Source of the DNA: Lytechinus pictus
Taxonomy: Eukaryota
Direction: 5' to 3'
DNA length: 64,000 nucleotides
NCBI RefSeq assembly: GCF_037042905.1
Contig: NC_087249.1
Coordinates: 28,644,001 to 28,708,000 of the forward strand
In this document: in pieces, positions 42,001 through 54,592 of the stretch
Layout of the letters: each line of letters begins with the position of its first letter
How positions within the stretch are numbered: the first letter of the stretch is position 1
Translations under genes and position numbers: made by a program
Notes under the pieces: model-generated
Databases searched by the model: none
What the model saw: only the letters and a program-made list of their open reading frames with translations
Told to the model about the DNA's origin: nothing

Positions 42001-42299
42001 GGCTGCAGTCCCGTTTTATACCGGTACGAGGGGCTCTAGCTGCAAGTGAGTTGCGCTCGCTATCATCCGGCCTTACGCTCTGTGGTGAATCCAATCATTT
42101 TTGCATCGACACTAGATTCGAACTAGATCCCCTCATCTAACACTGAATTCTCCCACATAAAGGAGTTCCAATATCAAACGAAGAGAACTTGAATGTTGGT
42201 CTCAATCTAATAGCTGTCCAGATCTATTTGTTTAAATAATGGTACATCGCTTTTGCCGTTTGAGGTTCGGTATTTTCGCTACCACTGAGCTTTGGCTTT

Positions 42300-42600
42300 A
42301 CATCACGCAGGAGGATCGGAGGAGGCATCTATTCGCGTACGGTATGTGTACTGTATGCGGCATCCCATTAGCAGGTGGCTGAGGGTATACGTTCGCATGT
42401 AGAACACACTACGACCATGCATAACATTGTGTGTGTGTGTATCACTGGTTGGCGAACAGTCATGGGCGATCGGTCATCGTGACGTCACCTTATAGTAGAT
42501 AGCAAGCATGACATCTTGGACGAGATGGCGCCTCAGCGTATAGTCGTAACATTCTGAATGAAATCTATCCACAAAAAGTACTTCCGGAGAGGGGATCATT
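42300..42600 (-). promoter_or_regulatory. Putative unc-13 promoter/TSS region
   Basis: CpG-retaining stretch upstream of exon 1; perfect CRE TGACGTCA at 42480-42487; YY1-like AGATGGCG at 42523-42530; (TG)n at 42428-42440. Confidence 0.45.
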
Positions 42601-42918
42601 CAGTACATGCTACTATCAGGTTTAAGTACATGTTCCTGAATCCTGAATACAGTGTTTAGTGGTTCAATACAAAAAACATTTGATATAAAGATCAATTAGC
42701 ACTGTTACAAAACGTAAGATTTAGGACCCTTGTATTACATATAGCTCCCATATAATATAGGTCTATATATAATTTAAAGGGCTATTCCTAACAACAAATA
42801 TATATATACTGTATTAATATATATATATATATCTTAAAGTTTCACGTATTGGCTTCTGTAAGGTAACAAAATAATGCTGACGATAAAGCTTTGATTACTA
42901 ATAAAGTTTGTATTGTTC

Positions 42919-42956
42919 ACTCGAGTTTTTGACGGTCCTCCGTCTTCTTCAGGAGT
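42919..42956 (-). ncRNA. Degenerate minimal type I hammerhead motif (probable Penelope pseudo-LTR remnant)
   Basis: ACTC-CTGAAGA-A-GACGG-AGGA-CCGTC-AAAA-AC-TC-GAGT: stems I and II perfect, core GAAA changed to AAAA. Confidence 0.6.
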
Positions 42957-43092
42957 TTACAATGTGTGGTATCAGATCAATCAGAGAGCGCATCCTCAGA
43001 CAGATGTTGCTATGATGACTGGCTGAATATATATACATTCATATATATGCATATATACATTCGTATATAATAATAATAAATAAATAAATAAA

Positions 43093-43374
43093 TGTGGCCC
43101 AGTGGATTAGTCTTCAGACTTTGAAACAGAGGTTCGTGGGTTCAAATCCCAGCTATATGGCGTAATTACCAAATTCATTCACGTTGTGCTGCACTCAACC
43201 CAGGTGAGATGAATGGGTACCTGGCAGGAATTTAATCCTTGAAATGCCACCGCGCTGTAAAAAGGCTGCGGGGCTAAAGTCAGGGTAATACTATCCAAGT
43301 CCTTTGGAATCGCATAGGGATGTTATGATATAATGTGATATGCCCTATACAAGAACTGCATTATTATTATTATT
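43093..43374 (+). mobile_element. tRNA-derived SINE
   Basis: tggcccagtgg; gggttcaaatccc; shared core gctgcactcaacccaggtgag.tgaatgggtacc; (ATT)n tail. Confidence 0.8.
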
Positions 43375-43435
43375 AAATAAATAGATAGATAAATAAATAA
43401 TTTAAAAAATAAATAAAAGTAGAAATAGAGATGTA

Positions 43436-43675
43436 TTATTATCCCGATCATCAGATTCTCTTTTTTCCACAATGTCTTCACTTTTCCACTAACTGGGGAG
43501 CACTCCAGCAAGAGTTTTAATACTTAACGGCTAGGCATAGGCCCCTTCTAATTCAAAATGTGTGAAATGGCAAACCGGATTGTATCCTTGTCATGAGATG
43601 CTTGTCCACAATGGGTAATTAAACACGTGACCCTCTGATTACAAGTCTGGTGTTCTTAACTACTACATCATGATC
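43436..43675 (-). mobile_element. Degenerate SINE, tail-to-tail with the preceding one
   Basis: Minus strand gatgtagtagttaagaacaccagacttgtaatcagagggtcacgtgttt resembles a tRNA head. Confidence 0.45.
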
Positions 43676-43677
43676 AG

Positions 43678-43678
<1 letters not shown>

Positions 43679-43710
<32 letters not shown>
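43679..43710. repeat. (TA)n microsatellite
   Basis: Direct inspection. Confidence 0.95.
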
Positions 43711-43714
<4 letters not shown>

Positions 43715-46519
43715 TCCATAAGGCTTCTGGTGAATATTGAAAAGTGAAATTGTTTAATGGGATATTCGTTTATATTTAGTTATTTCCTACTGACATTTTG
43801 GACCGCCCTCTACCGAAAAGCATTGTCATGTGTTTGAAATCAAATTCGCACGATATAGATTTTAGGTTATCATGTTCATTTCCTCATTTAGACAGCAGAT
43901 ATCTCACTTATCAATATATTTCAAATTAAGCTCTACCATATGGTCAATTCCGTTTTTCAATTGTTTCACAGTTACAAACGCATTACAAAAATATTTTCAT
44001 TGAGGAGAGGAGTCATGTAATGTGCACATTTTTTTAGGGGGTGTGGCTGTATACTTGGCGGGAAATGGGCTATAGAAATTTATTGTTCACCTCGTTTATC
44101 TCTTGTGGCTCAAATGTGTTTTACATCGAATGAATTTGTCCTCTTCCCTCCCAGTTACTGTTCTTCTTGACTGCCATCTTTACTAATATGTATTTGGCAG
44201 ACCTTTAAATTCGTGAACTTTTGACCTCGAAGCATAGCTCAATAAAACTTGGAGTCAATTTCTGCAGCCTGGATGCATTAAATGTATGCTTGATTTCCAA
44301 GATGAAGCACTTTTACTAAAAAGTGGTCGTAATTATAAGCAGTTGAATTGGCAGAAAGGGGCGGAATGAACTAAATGTAAAATGGGGTCAACATGCTTTC
44401 TCTTGTTATCAATTAACATTAAAAATTATACTTTTAAAAAGAAAAGTCTTTCTAGGTGAGACTTGGAATACAATATTATGCCAGTGATTTATCATAATAA
44501 AAGATTTCCATTGTTTTATTTTGTATTTAGGAATATGGTGTGAAATAAGGGAGCTTTACCCTCAAACCTGTAATTTCAGATTATCTTTCTCAACATGTGC
44601 ATGCAGATGAGATACCTTTAAACAGAGAGTAGGTCAGTATTATACTTGAATATGAGTTTCTTATTCTCTCTTTTAGAAAACGAACGAAATTGTATTGAAT
44701 TTTAGTCTTCTTTCACTTGCTCTGATCACTGATCGTTTAATGAAAAAAAATCACTGATTTATTGTTTTGTTTAATGAATATAGGGTCTACATTTGTATGT
44801 ATTGTTCTCCGTAAAGAATAAGTGGTTGTCATTATTTTGTAATGTAATCTCCACTCTCTGAGGCAAATGAGTAATGTCAAGGACCACTTTATTTCTTGAA
44901 GAGAACGAGTTTACAGGCTGACCACAACAATGAAAAAATTGGGAAATCTTTTATATCAACCAGCATGCATCCATGGCTACATCGGCTTAGATGAGAGAAA
45001 AAAAACACACAAAATAAAAATATCATTGTAACCTACTTCTCAGTGCTGTGTGGGTACGATTGGTGGCGCTATGTCGCAGTATGTGATCGCACGCCTGAAA
45101 TTACTTCCCATGCATTCGGCTTATGTGCTTCAAATATATGTATATATTTGAAAGAAGGGGCAGAAGAAACAAGCGCTAATGATAAATGGTACCATTTAAA
45201 CCTTCCTCAATAATATACAATATCCTTTATTTTACAACCTGGAGAGGTATAAGGTATAATGCTGTTTTTTTTTTGTTTTCCCCCTCGGTAGGGTAGCAGC
45301 CGGAACACATATAATCCAAAACATATTCGTGACGATTACGATTCAAATCCTTCCACCACAATAAAGTCACACAAAAATCCAATTATTATCAAATGCTTCT
45401 TTGTGATGTCTTCTCCCTTTACGCTAATGTAAAAAAAAGGTGTTCGAATATACCTTTTTGGTGATACCGTTATATGTTTCCCCAATTATTAGTTTAAGTC
45501 GATCCAAGGAACAGGAAAGTACGGACCTTATTACATATTGCATGTCAGTATATTAGTGGTATTTTTCTTTTCTAAATGACCTAACTGATATTTCAAAGAT
45601 ATTCTAGTGGCACATCTAATGGCACATCGAATGCAAGTTGCAGGTCGAACTAATAAACCAAAAAAAGGTTTTCACCATGACAATAGCCAGATGCACCCAT
45701 CACCTTAAAATCAAAGAAAATATGCCATCGAGGAAGTAATCCTGACAATTATTCAAGATTATGATAAGGTCATAAGTTATGATTATTTGGATGTGAGTTC
45801 TAACCACTGGCGAATCCAGGGGGGGGGGGGCACATTCGGCCCGAGCGCCCCCCCCCCCTTGAGAGACATAATCAAAATTGTTAATGTAAATATGCCGCAA
45901 TTACACAAGTGTGCCCATCCTTTTCAAAGTCACAGCATATATTTTTAATGGGAATATGTCGTTTATACACAAGTGAGGACCTTTTTTTTTGGCTCGTCAA
46001 ATTTTCCTCGGGAAAATGTGCCCCCCTCCACTGGAAAAACCTGTTTCTAGATTAAACGATGACAACTTGAGTAACGAAATCTGAAACGTACTCAAAATTA
46101 ATAGTACTGAAACACAAATACGACATCACTGATATTTTGATAGGGAGAGATATATCTCAAGTTGAGGTTGATTTGTGACACTGTTTTAAAAATAAAATAT
46201 AGGATATTAAATAGTGGTCGACAATTTCATTCCCTTTTCACACTCTATCTTTCTTCTATTACTTTCATCTTTTTTAATCTTCTCCTCGTCTTTTCTTTAT
46301 AATAACCTCTATAATAAGTTGACATCATTTAATCTAGGATATCGGAATTACTACTTTACAGTGTTTGATTTCTTCGCTTTGTTCACTGTGGGTTTGTTTA
46401 AAGATAGGAAGAATACGTTTAAAAATGAGTTACCGATTTAATCCATTTTTAATGAGGAAGATTTTCTCTATCAGATCTCCCTCATCGTACTTTAATAGAT
46501 GCAGCTGTGTACGCATCTG

Positions 46520-46676
46520 GGGAGTGTTTCATCAACATTTTCATCCGACAAGTTGTCAGATCTGACATCTTTCTCTGATGTTGATTGGCTGAGAGGTACT
46601 GTTACTATGGTAACTGTCGGATAAAATGGGACTTGTCGGATAAAACGTCCGACAAGTCCTTTCATGAAACGCTCCC
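46520..46676. mobile_element. Small Harbinger-like MITE with CTG TSD
   Basis: ctg|gggagtgtttcat ... atgaaacgctccc|ctg; internal tccgacaag / cttgtcgga repeats. Confidence 0.8.
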
Positions 46677-47084
46677 CTGATCTCATCAATGAATATATGG
46701 GGCATTATGTTTGTTGTTGTTGTTGTTGTTGTTTTAGGTGTAATAAATTGGTCTTCGGGCACCATCCTATATAATGATTATGAATGAAGATTGTCAACAA
46801 ATTTGAGCATTTAGCTATTATCTCAGTGGACCCTGTCCTGTAACATGAAAAGATGATCTAGTGTACAATTAAGCGTAACTTTAAGTTTATGTCCATCTAT
46901 ACACAAAAAGTTATGAACAATAACATTAAGCGTACCTTTTTATGCTACACCGCTTGGTGTAATGCGAATACGGCTAATCATGATAATGCGCAATAATTAA
47001 TTAACAACCCATTTTGTAATTCTACTGCAACTTATCTCTCATTTCACCCGTTACAAACATTACTTAATGAATCGTTGATGGCGC

Positions 47085-47230
47085 ATTCACCCTACGGTGA
47101 CCGTACGGACAGTCGAAAACAACCGTTTCTTATTTCTGGTATCAGCTGCATTAAGGGGTGGTTTGAATAAGAAATGATTGAAACGGCTTGTTTTCGACTC
47201 GCCATACGGCCGCCGTATGGGAAATGTGAC
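47085..47230. mobile_element. Short fold-back MITE
   Basis: tacgg..accgtacgg..agtcgaaaacaa.ccgtttc / gaaacggcttgttttcgact..ccatacggccgccgta. Confidence 0.6.
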
Positions 47231-47314
47231 TGCATGTAGCATTAGATAGATTCATTGTATGCTGCTGTCTCCATATAGGCCTGTAACATAATAAATGTAC
47301 ATTTAGGAGCCCCC

Positions 47315-47461
47315 GGAGCCCGTTTCATAAAGAGTAACCACAATTGATACTCAGCCATTATGGAAACTACCATGGTAACAGGGCTCATCGGCCAAAGGGT
47401 TACCATGGAAGTTACAACAAAGTTAAATTAACAATAGGTGTAAATCTTTATGAAACGGGCC
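47315..47461. mobile_element. Small Harbinger-like MITE
   Basis: gcccgtttcataaaga / tctttatgaaacgggc; a related decayed copy lies at ~23277-23388. Confidence 0.7.
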
Positions 47462-50151
47462 TTTGACTCCAAATTAAGGTCCAAAAACGAGATATTCATT
47501 TTTTTTTAATCATCAGCTTGCAACTTTCGCCCCTTTCAACCTAAATTCATTATATTACCAAAGTGTTTTCATAAGAACTCCATGATATCACTACCCCGTA
47601 ATTCGACCGCAACATACCCCCCCCCCATCAGCATCATTGTTGGGTAGAATCCCATTAGAATACAAAGTCAAAAGGACCAGCTATTGGTTACAAGGACCCC
47701 GCGTGGATATCGATTTGCATGTAATAGGGTATTTACCCAGCTCGGCTTTTGACTTATTCTAGGAGATTAGCATAATGGGTGATTATGAGGAGAAAGCCCT
47801 TTAAGCTCCCATTATGGTAAACAAAAAGGAATACATCAGTACAGTTGATTGTGTGCAAACAGCGTTATCTCTTTTGTTTGCGTGTCGTTTGCATGAAATA
47901 CAATATAGTGCGTTCGTCTTTTGATTTTCTTTTGTTCGTAGCTTTTGAGGTTTTTCATTTATGAATTTCTCTCCCATATTTCTCATATACCACAGAAAAT
48001 TGTTGATTCCATTGTCGTAATTTGATCCAATTATTTGATTCTCTCTGCCATGTTTGTCATTTTAGTTCTCATTCCTTATCTCCTACATTCCCGTTGTTTT
48101 AAATGTTTTCAGATTTTTTCTATGACACACAAGACCCCCTCTCCCGCACTCATTCTCTTTTTTCATTATTTCCATTTCTTTTTCCTATGTAACTTTCTCT
48201 ATACTACAGTGGAACAGAGGTTTCATTTTCCCTTCAATTCATATTGTAAATCATGACAATCACCCATTAAATCACTTTCACATGTCATCCTCATTCTCAC
48301 TCTGTTCTACCCCAGACTCTCTCCTAAAGATTGTACCCCTTCCAACTTTCTTTTTGTTACCAATTTGTTTATTTGGTCGTTCATCAGATAAACTGAAAAA
48401 TAAATCACCCCCCATTCAACACTCTATATCCTGATAATTGGCTATTCAAAACACAATTTCTTAGTTCACAAATTAAAACTTAATCTAAGGATAACATTTA
48501 TTCTGAATATAATTTAGATTTATTTTAAACTGAAATGAGGAGATAAGTACACTGTATAATTTTTATTAAAGTATTCAGTACACAATTATGCACAGGAATA
48601 TCTTTAGAAGAAAACAAACATTTTACCTTTGAAAACATTTGGTAGACAATTTCAAAGGTATTAATCCCATACCAAAGTACAGTATTCTGACATATTTGCC
48701 TTTCTTACAATTTCATTGAAAATGATGGGTTAACAAATCACACTATAAGAATTTAACACCTTAAAATATCACAACATATGGGCAATTCCATACGATATTT
48801 AACCTTTTTATCCATCACCAACATTTCCTAATTTTTACTTCCTTTCATGAAATACAACACGATCTAGAACCTTACACTTTTTTTATAAAATAGAAAGGAG
48901 AAAAAAAGATATCATCATATACCCCAAGCAAAAAGGAAGTTGGTGTACATAATCTATGGTATTGCCCAGAAATACATGTAAATTTCAGACTCAGATATGC
49001 AAATAGGGTGAAGAATATAACTTATGTAAATCTAAATTAAAAAAAATATCCAAATATCATGAGCTTGTTGACATTACTTACAAAGAATTTATTGTATTAA
49101 TATCACTAATCACAATATTAATACTAGCACTATCTGTACCATATTAAGGGAAGAAAGAAAATAAAAACAATATTTCAGGATGCATATATGGATCGATGTC
49201 AACAAACTTTTTGTATAGAACCTAAATGAATTTAATTTTAATGAATAAAGAAATGAAATACACAGAATTGATTTATTTTTTTCTTTATCACAAGATTCAG
49301 TTCAAACAGGAACATCACCAGTTGAAATATATGTACAAATTACACAGCATATAAACCCCTCCAGTGCATCCAACTATACAAGTAAATAAACAAAACCAAA
49401 GATTTCACTTGAATAGAAAAATATTCAGAAATATCAAGTACAAATATTCATATGTAGAAGGATATCATCAAGTTTCATGGTTTATTCCATTGTAGACATG
49501 AAATTCTAAAACTGCATTGGTAGCACACTCACTATGTAAAACAAGATTTTGGAAAAACATCGTATCTATGCAAAACGATTCTGAATTTCCAATATTTACC
49601 AATATTTCCAACATTATGTAGGAACACAAGTAGTATGATTCACCCAAATGTGAATGTGTATCAACTAATATATAATTGATAAAAAGAGATGTTCAGAAAA
49701 CAGGAGATGTACATGAGAAGAGATGTTGGGATACGAGATGTACAATGCAAAGAACATGAGATGCACAAAGAAAAAAAAATCACATCATACATAACATACC
49801 TACCAACAAAATATGGAAAAGATTTTAGCTTTGATAGCATTTCCTTGATAATGGAATCCACTTGTTATAGCACGCAAAATGTTTGAAAGAGTAACAAATT
49901 CCCACTCCACAATAAATAAAATGAATTAGGAAGACACATCATTTTGGACGGAATAAAATCTTGAATATTGAAATATGATGAAAGAACATGAGATTGAAAC
50001 TAAGCACCCAAAGAACACTATTCAGTGATGATGGTGGTACATAATTTTAAGAGTTTCTACATTTATATTGCTATTCCAATTTGATACAAATGAATACACA
50101 AAGCTATTAATGCAAATGGGAAATATTTGACAAATGTATACCACTATAAAC

Positions 50152-50290
50152 AACAAGGTGAACGCCTCTGGCAGTCTCGCCTGCATTACAATGTGGATGT
50201 TGATTCTCCAAACATGGTCTAAGTTCATTGACCCTAAATGACCTTTGACGGTGGCGGCAAAAAGTCTCGCTCTGCTATGCAGGCAAGACA
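50152..50290 (-). mobile_element. HINE family A copy 3, internally deleted
   Basis: Keeps both ends (aacgcctctggcagtctcgcctgcat ... gtctcgctctgctatgcaggcaagac) and only part of one repeat unit. Confidence 0.8.
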
Positions 50291-51075
50291 AAAGTTGGGG
50301 CCTAGATATTTTAGATACACAATATGCAAAAAGATTGTGGTAGCCAATTGTTATTCATCATGAATTACTTCACAATATCATATATATTTTTTTTATTTGA
50401 AAGAGAAAATAATACATACTCTGCTTCCTTCACAGAAATATCATTCTTGGTCAGTATTACACCTGTGCGCATTACAAACTTTTAAATTTCTTTGATATAT
50501 GGCTTTAGGAGAAAACTCATTACAAATATTCAAATTGTTTGTTCAACAGTGACTTTTTGATAAATACCGAAGCAAATCTGATAAAAAGGATTAAGCTCCA
50601 TATGTGTTCAAAAGAGAAGGAAAACATTGTTTTGGATTCCATTATTCAAAGATAAATATAAGTTTGATCCGTTGATCTCATCAAATTGTCATAATTGTTC
50701 TGTAAAATATATTGTTTTGTTTTCTCAAATGCCTCACAGAGCAATGCTTACACAAAAACTACACAATTAAAAAAGATAAAAATAAAAAAGATATCATGCA
50801 TTTATTATCATGATTATAGTGGACGGCTGAGCTTATCTTTTTTTTTTTATTCATTTCACCAATCTGTCTCTCTTAAAAGCAGATGAAACAAAGAATATCC
50901 CTTTATTTCTAGAAAGACTAGAATGTTAAAAATGCTCAAAATTGTGTATTGTATTTAAGTTCATTTGTCATATTCATGAATCCTAAAAAAATGTATACAT
51001 ACTTGCCATTTCATGTAACAAGCCCCCAATAGAGCATGTCATGAATACATGAGAAATCTATATCTCTTAACTTAA

Positions 51076-51641
51076 AGGGGAACCCATTCTTGGCCATAAA
51101 ATGTTGTGTTGGGAAGGAGAAAAATAAATTAAACAAAATGGTGAAAGTTTGAAAGAAATCGGACAAGCAATAAGAAAGTTATGGCTGTTTTAAAATTGAG
51201 ATCTCTAAGACTATGTAGATTTCAAATTGGCAACTGAGTAAGTAAATTATGACAAGGGGCAAGGACAACTTTCCCATAGGCCATGTACTTTATTATCAGG
51301 GATTTGTGGTTTTCTCTTAAGTACCTATTCCACTGGGGCAGCAATCTAAATATAACCCAGGTAGTATATTGTTTTATGTCCTCACGAAAGAAAAATATAA
51401 TTTGAAATAAAACTTTTGGGAAAAATGACATTTTAGCCATAATATGTATTGGAGTACATGGAAGAGTAGTCCTTGCCTTACATCACTATGATATCCCATA
51501 TGCGGCCAATTTGAAGTCTCCATGGGTATAGTGATTACCAATATTTTGTTGTTTGTCCAATATTGTTCAAACTTTCACCTATCAACTTGTCTGATTTTTC
51601 TTTTCCTTATAAAAATGTTTTTATTTGGGTTGGATTCCCCT
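51076..51641. mobile_element. Kolobok-like MITE
   Basis: TTAA|aggggaaccc ... ggattcccct|TTAA with ~100-bp imperfect TIRs (ggtgaaagtttgaa / ttcaaactttcacc). Confidence 0.8.
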
Positions 51642-53003
51642 TTAAACAAATACAGCCCTACACACAAACATATTATTCCAATACAAATGAAAGCACACAG
51701 ATATCTACAGAAGACAAGTACCTAATACTTGGGTAATTTCATAAGTCTAATATACATGTATAATATTTCAAAATTAAAAGCTGATTGAGTGCAACAAGTG
51801 CTTTCGCCATATCATAGTTACCAGTATGTTATATCGCCTTTCTTTAAAGCCTGTCCACAGGCTGCAGCCACCAATTTGAAGAGCACCAGCCCAAGACCTA
51901 AACTAATCATGTAGTTCTGATATCTTTTCCCAGGATGCAACATTCTAAATATATAGTCTAATATGTGCCAACTTGAGCTATGCTTGGACAACATATAGGT
52001 GATGAATTATGGCATCATCAGCTTTCCATTGTTGAGATTAATTTCAACCAACTGCAATCCTAATATGACAAGGCACCAACATTTGTATGTGATAATATAT
52101 TTTTTGCCTGATGAATACTATGAGGTACAAATGCAGGAATTTCACATTAAAAAAATGTTGGTCATTGCTTAAGAGTTATTTGAAAAATACAGAAGACAGA
52201 AAGCTGTAGACCTCACTGTTTTCATATTTTATATAGCCCAATTGCAATAATAGTTCTATAAATTACTTCACTTTAATTCCAATTAATATAAAGAGAATGT
52301 ACAGCAATCAAGATTAGTGCCATCTGACTTTGTCAGGTCAAGACTTTTGCCATATTGAAATGTTTTTAATCCATGAAATCTCCAAGTACCACCAGTTTTT
52401 GCCTTTGATCTTTTATTCACCTAAGCAATCAAGGACGATTAAAATTGTAGTGTTTAACGCTGGTATTGGTGTCAGTGAAAAACAAAAAACCAGCCAGAAC
52501 ACACAACTTGCAGCGAGGGTGGTTTTGGATTTGACTGGTTACCATCATTTCTCTAAACCCTAATTTTGTTTTGGTGCTTTGTTGAGCAGCCTGTTCATGA
52601 TATCAAAATCAGTACCACTATTATAACAGTACTTTGAATCATCTGTTGCTCTCTGAAACAACTAATGGGCTTCGATCTAAGTCACTACCAACAGTTTTTG
52701 TCTATAGGCAACTTGTCAAAAGTCTGTGCCACATCTCCAGAAATTCTTTTCATGGCGCCTTACCCCACATCTTTCCTAAAGGAAAGATGCAGATTTGACT
52801 TTTGATAAGGTGCTACTCTCCTCTGATCTCCACAGCAATCAACAGCTAGTCTCTGAAGACAGGCTGATTCTTGTAGAACATTCCTGTCTAGTATTGTCAT
52901 AAGCTCACTCACAACCATAAGTTACTTCATTCTTGCTATCACTCTTATTTCCTCTGTGACTGGCATCTGTTACATTCTGGAGCAAGTCAGAATATTCAGC
53001 AAG

Positions 53004-53342
53004 CTAAGTCACAACCACAAGTTTCTTCATGTTAGCCATCTCTCCTCTGATCTCTTCAGCAATTAATGTCTGTTTCCCTTCTAGGACAGCTCTGAGGCTT
53101 GTCAAGCTCTCACTCAGTGATTTCAACCCCTCAGTATTCTCCTTCCTAAACTGTTCAATCAAAGCTCGCAGCTTCCGCTCCAGTCTGACCTGCTCAGCCT
53201 GTAGAGTGTCCTCAAACTCCCTTTTCATGTTCTTGAGCTCAGAGGCAACGTGGGACTTGGTATCCTGTTGTTCTCTTTCCAACTTCTCCAACTGCTTTTC
53301 CAGAGCACCCATCTTCTTTTTATAAGATTCCTCCATTTCATC
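53004..53342 (-). CDS. FAM81A: FAM81-like protein, last coding exon (112 aa + TAG)
   Basis: ttttccag|GAT acceptor, phase 0; GLKSLSESLTSLRAVLEGK resembles recalled FAM81A GFTAVYESIGSLRQVLEAK. Probably a single FAM81A/B pro-ortholog. Confidence 0.9.
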   Translation of the reverse strand, partial: DEMEESYKKKMGALEKQLEKLEREQQDTKSHVASELKNMKREFEDTLQAEQVRLERKLRALIEQFRKENTEGLKSLSESLTSLRAVLEGKQTLIAEEIRGEMANMKKLVVVT

Positions 53343-53595
53343 CTGGAAAATGGAAATACAATATAATTTTGTATGAGGTAACCCTAACAATGCAAACTAC
53401 AACCTGAAATATAAATAAAACAAGTACATGATAAAGTCAATCAAAGGATCTGAATCGAGCCATAATGAATTGAAAATTTATCAGAATTAATCGGATTTGA
53501 CCAGCATGGAATTAGTACAGTAACCTCCTAAATGAGAATACTACCAAAGAGTCATTCGTAAATACTTGAAGAAGATGAAATACATACATGTACAT

Positions 53596-54186
53596 ATGTT
53601 GTTTGAAGGTTTGCATGGTGGTATGTACAATCGCTGATGTAGTTTACGGTACACCATGTGAAGTGTTATAGAAACAGTGGATAGAAGAAGAGAAGAAATG
53701 GATAGGCGAGAAAATGGAGATTTGAGAGTAGAGTATTCTTTCTTGAAAGTAGTCCTGAAAAGGACTGTAAACCAGGAAAGATTGATGAGTTGAGAACAGC
53801 TTGAGTAGTAGAGCTAGTGAGGAGATGCTGGCTTGAGTCGGCGAGTAGAGATGATGAGTAGTAGAGAGACTCGACGTTTCGGGCAGCTTGACTGTCCGTC
53901 TTCAGGAGACTGAAGACGGACAGTCAAGCTGCCCGAAACGTCGAGTCTCTCTACTACTCATCATCTCTACTCGCCGACTCAAGCCAGCATCTCCTCACTA
54001 GCTCTACTACTCAAGCTGTTCTCAACTCATCAATCTTTCCTGGTTTACAGTCCTTTTCAGGACTACTTTCAAGAAAGAATACTCTACTCTCAAATCTCCA
54101 TTTTCTCGCCTATCCATTTCTTCATCTTCTTCTATCCACTGTTTCTATAACACTTCACATGGTGTACCGTAAACCACATCAGCGAT
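53596..54186. mobile_element. Penelope-like inverted pseudo-LTR (pLTR) pair forming a near-perfect fold-back
   Basis: Arms 53630-53905 and 53910-54186 differ by 1 substitution and 1 indel; 4-nt loop; 34-nt unpaired tail 53596-53629; flanking duplication atacatgtacat (53584-53595 / 54185-54196); HHR motif at the apex. Confidence 0.8.
53905..53952 (+). ncRNA. Minimal type I hammerhead ribozyme motif
   Basis: GGAGA-CTGAAGA-C-GGACAG-TCAAG-CTGCCC-GAAA-C-GTCGA-G-TC^TCTCT: full core, 5-bp stem I, stem II with one mismatch, short stem III with palindromic TCGA; predicted cleavage after C53947. Confidence 0.75.
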
Positions 54187-54592
54187 ACATGTACATGTAG
54201 TCATAACCTTTACGTGTATTGTGATTTTGTTGAAATCTTATGTATCACTCAAAAGAAACAATCAAAATTGTTGGTATAATGGACTAAATTTCCTTTTTGT
54301 AGCATGTGTTAGAAGTCACTTGTTGTGGCACGCAGGACATTTAATAGAGCAGCCAGCACATTTGAAAACATAAGGACTGGAGATAACACTTTTTTTTAGT
54401 TAAAATGTCAAAGATATACAAAGACTGTCACTTGAAAGAAGAGATTTCCTCTATACAGGGAAGCCATTAAACACTGCTACACTAATAAGTAAACAGAAGG
54501 ACAATTACTCCAGAGTCCCAACAAGTAAATCCCTTTCTACTTTCTTATGTGTTAGATTCTAATTAAAGTCATAACACAGGTTTTAACCTTAC

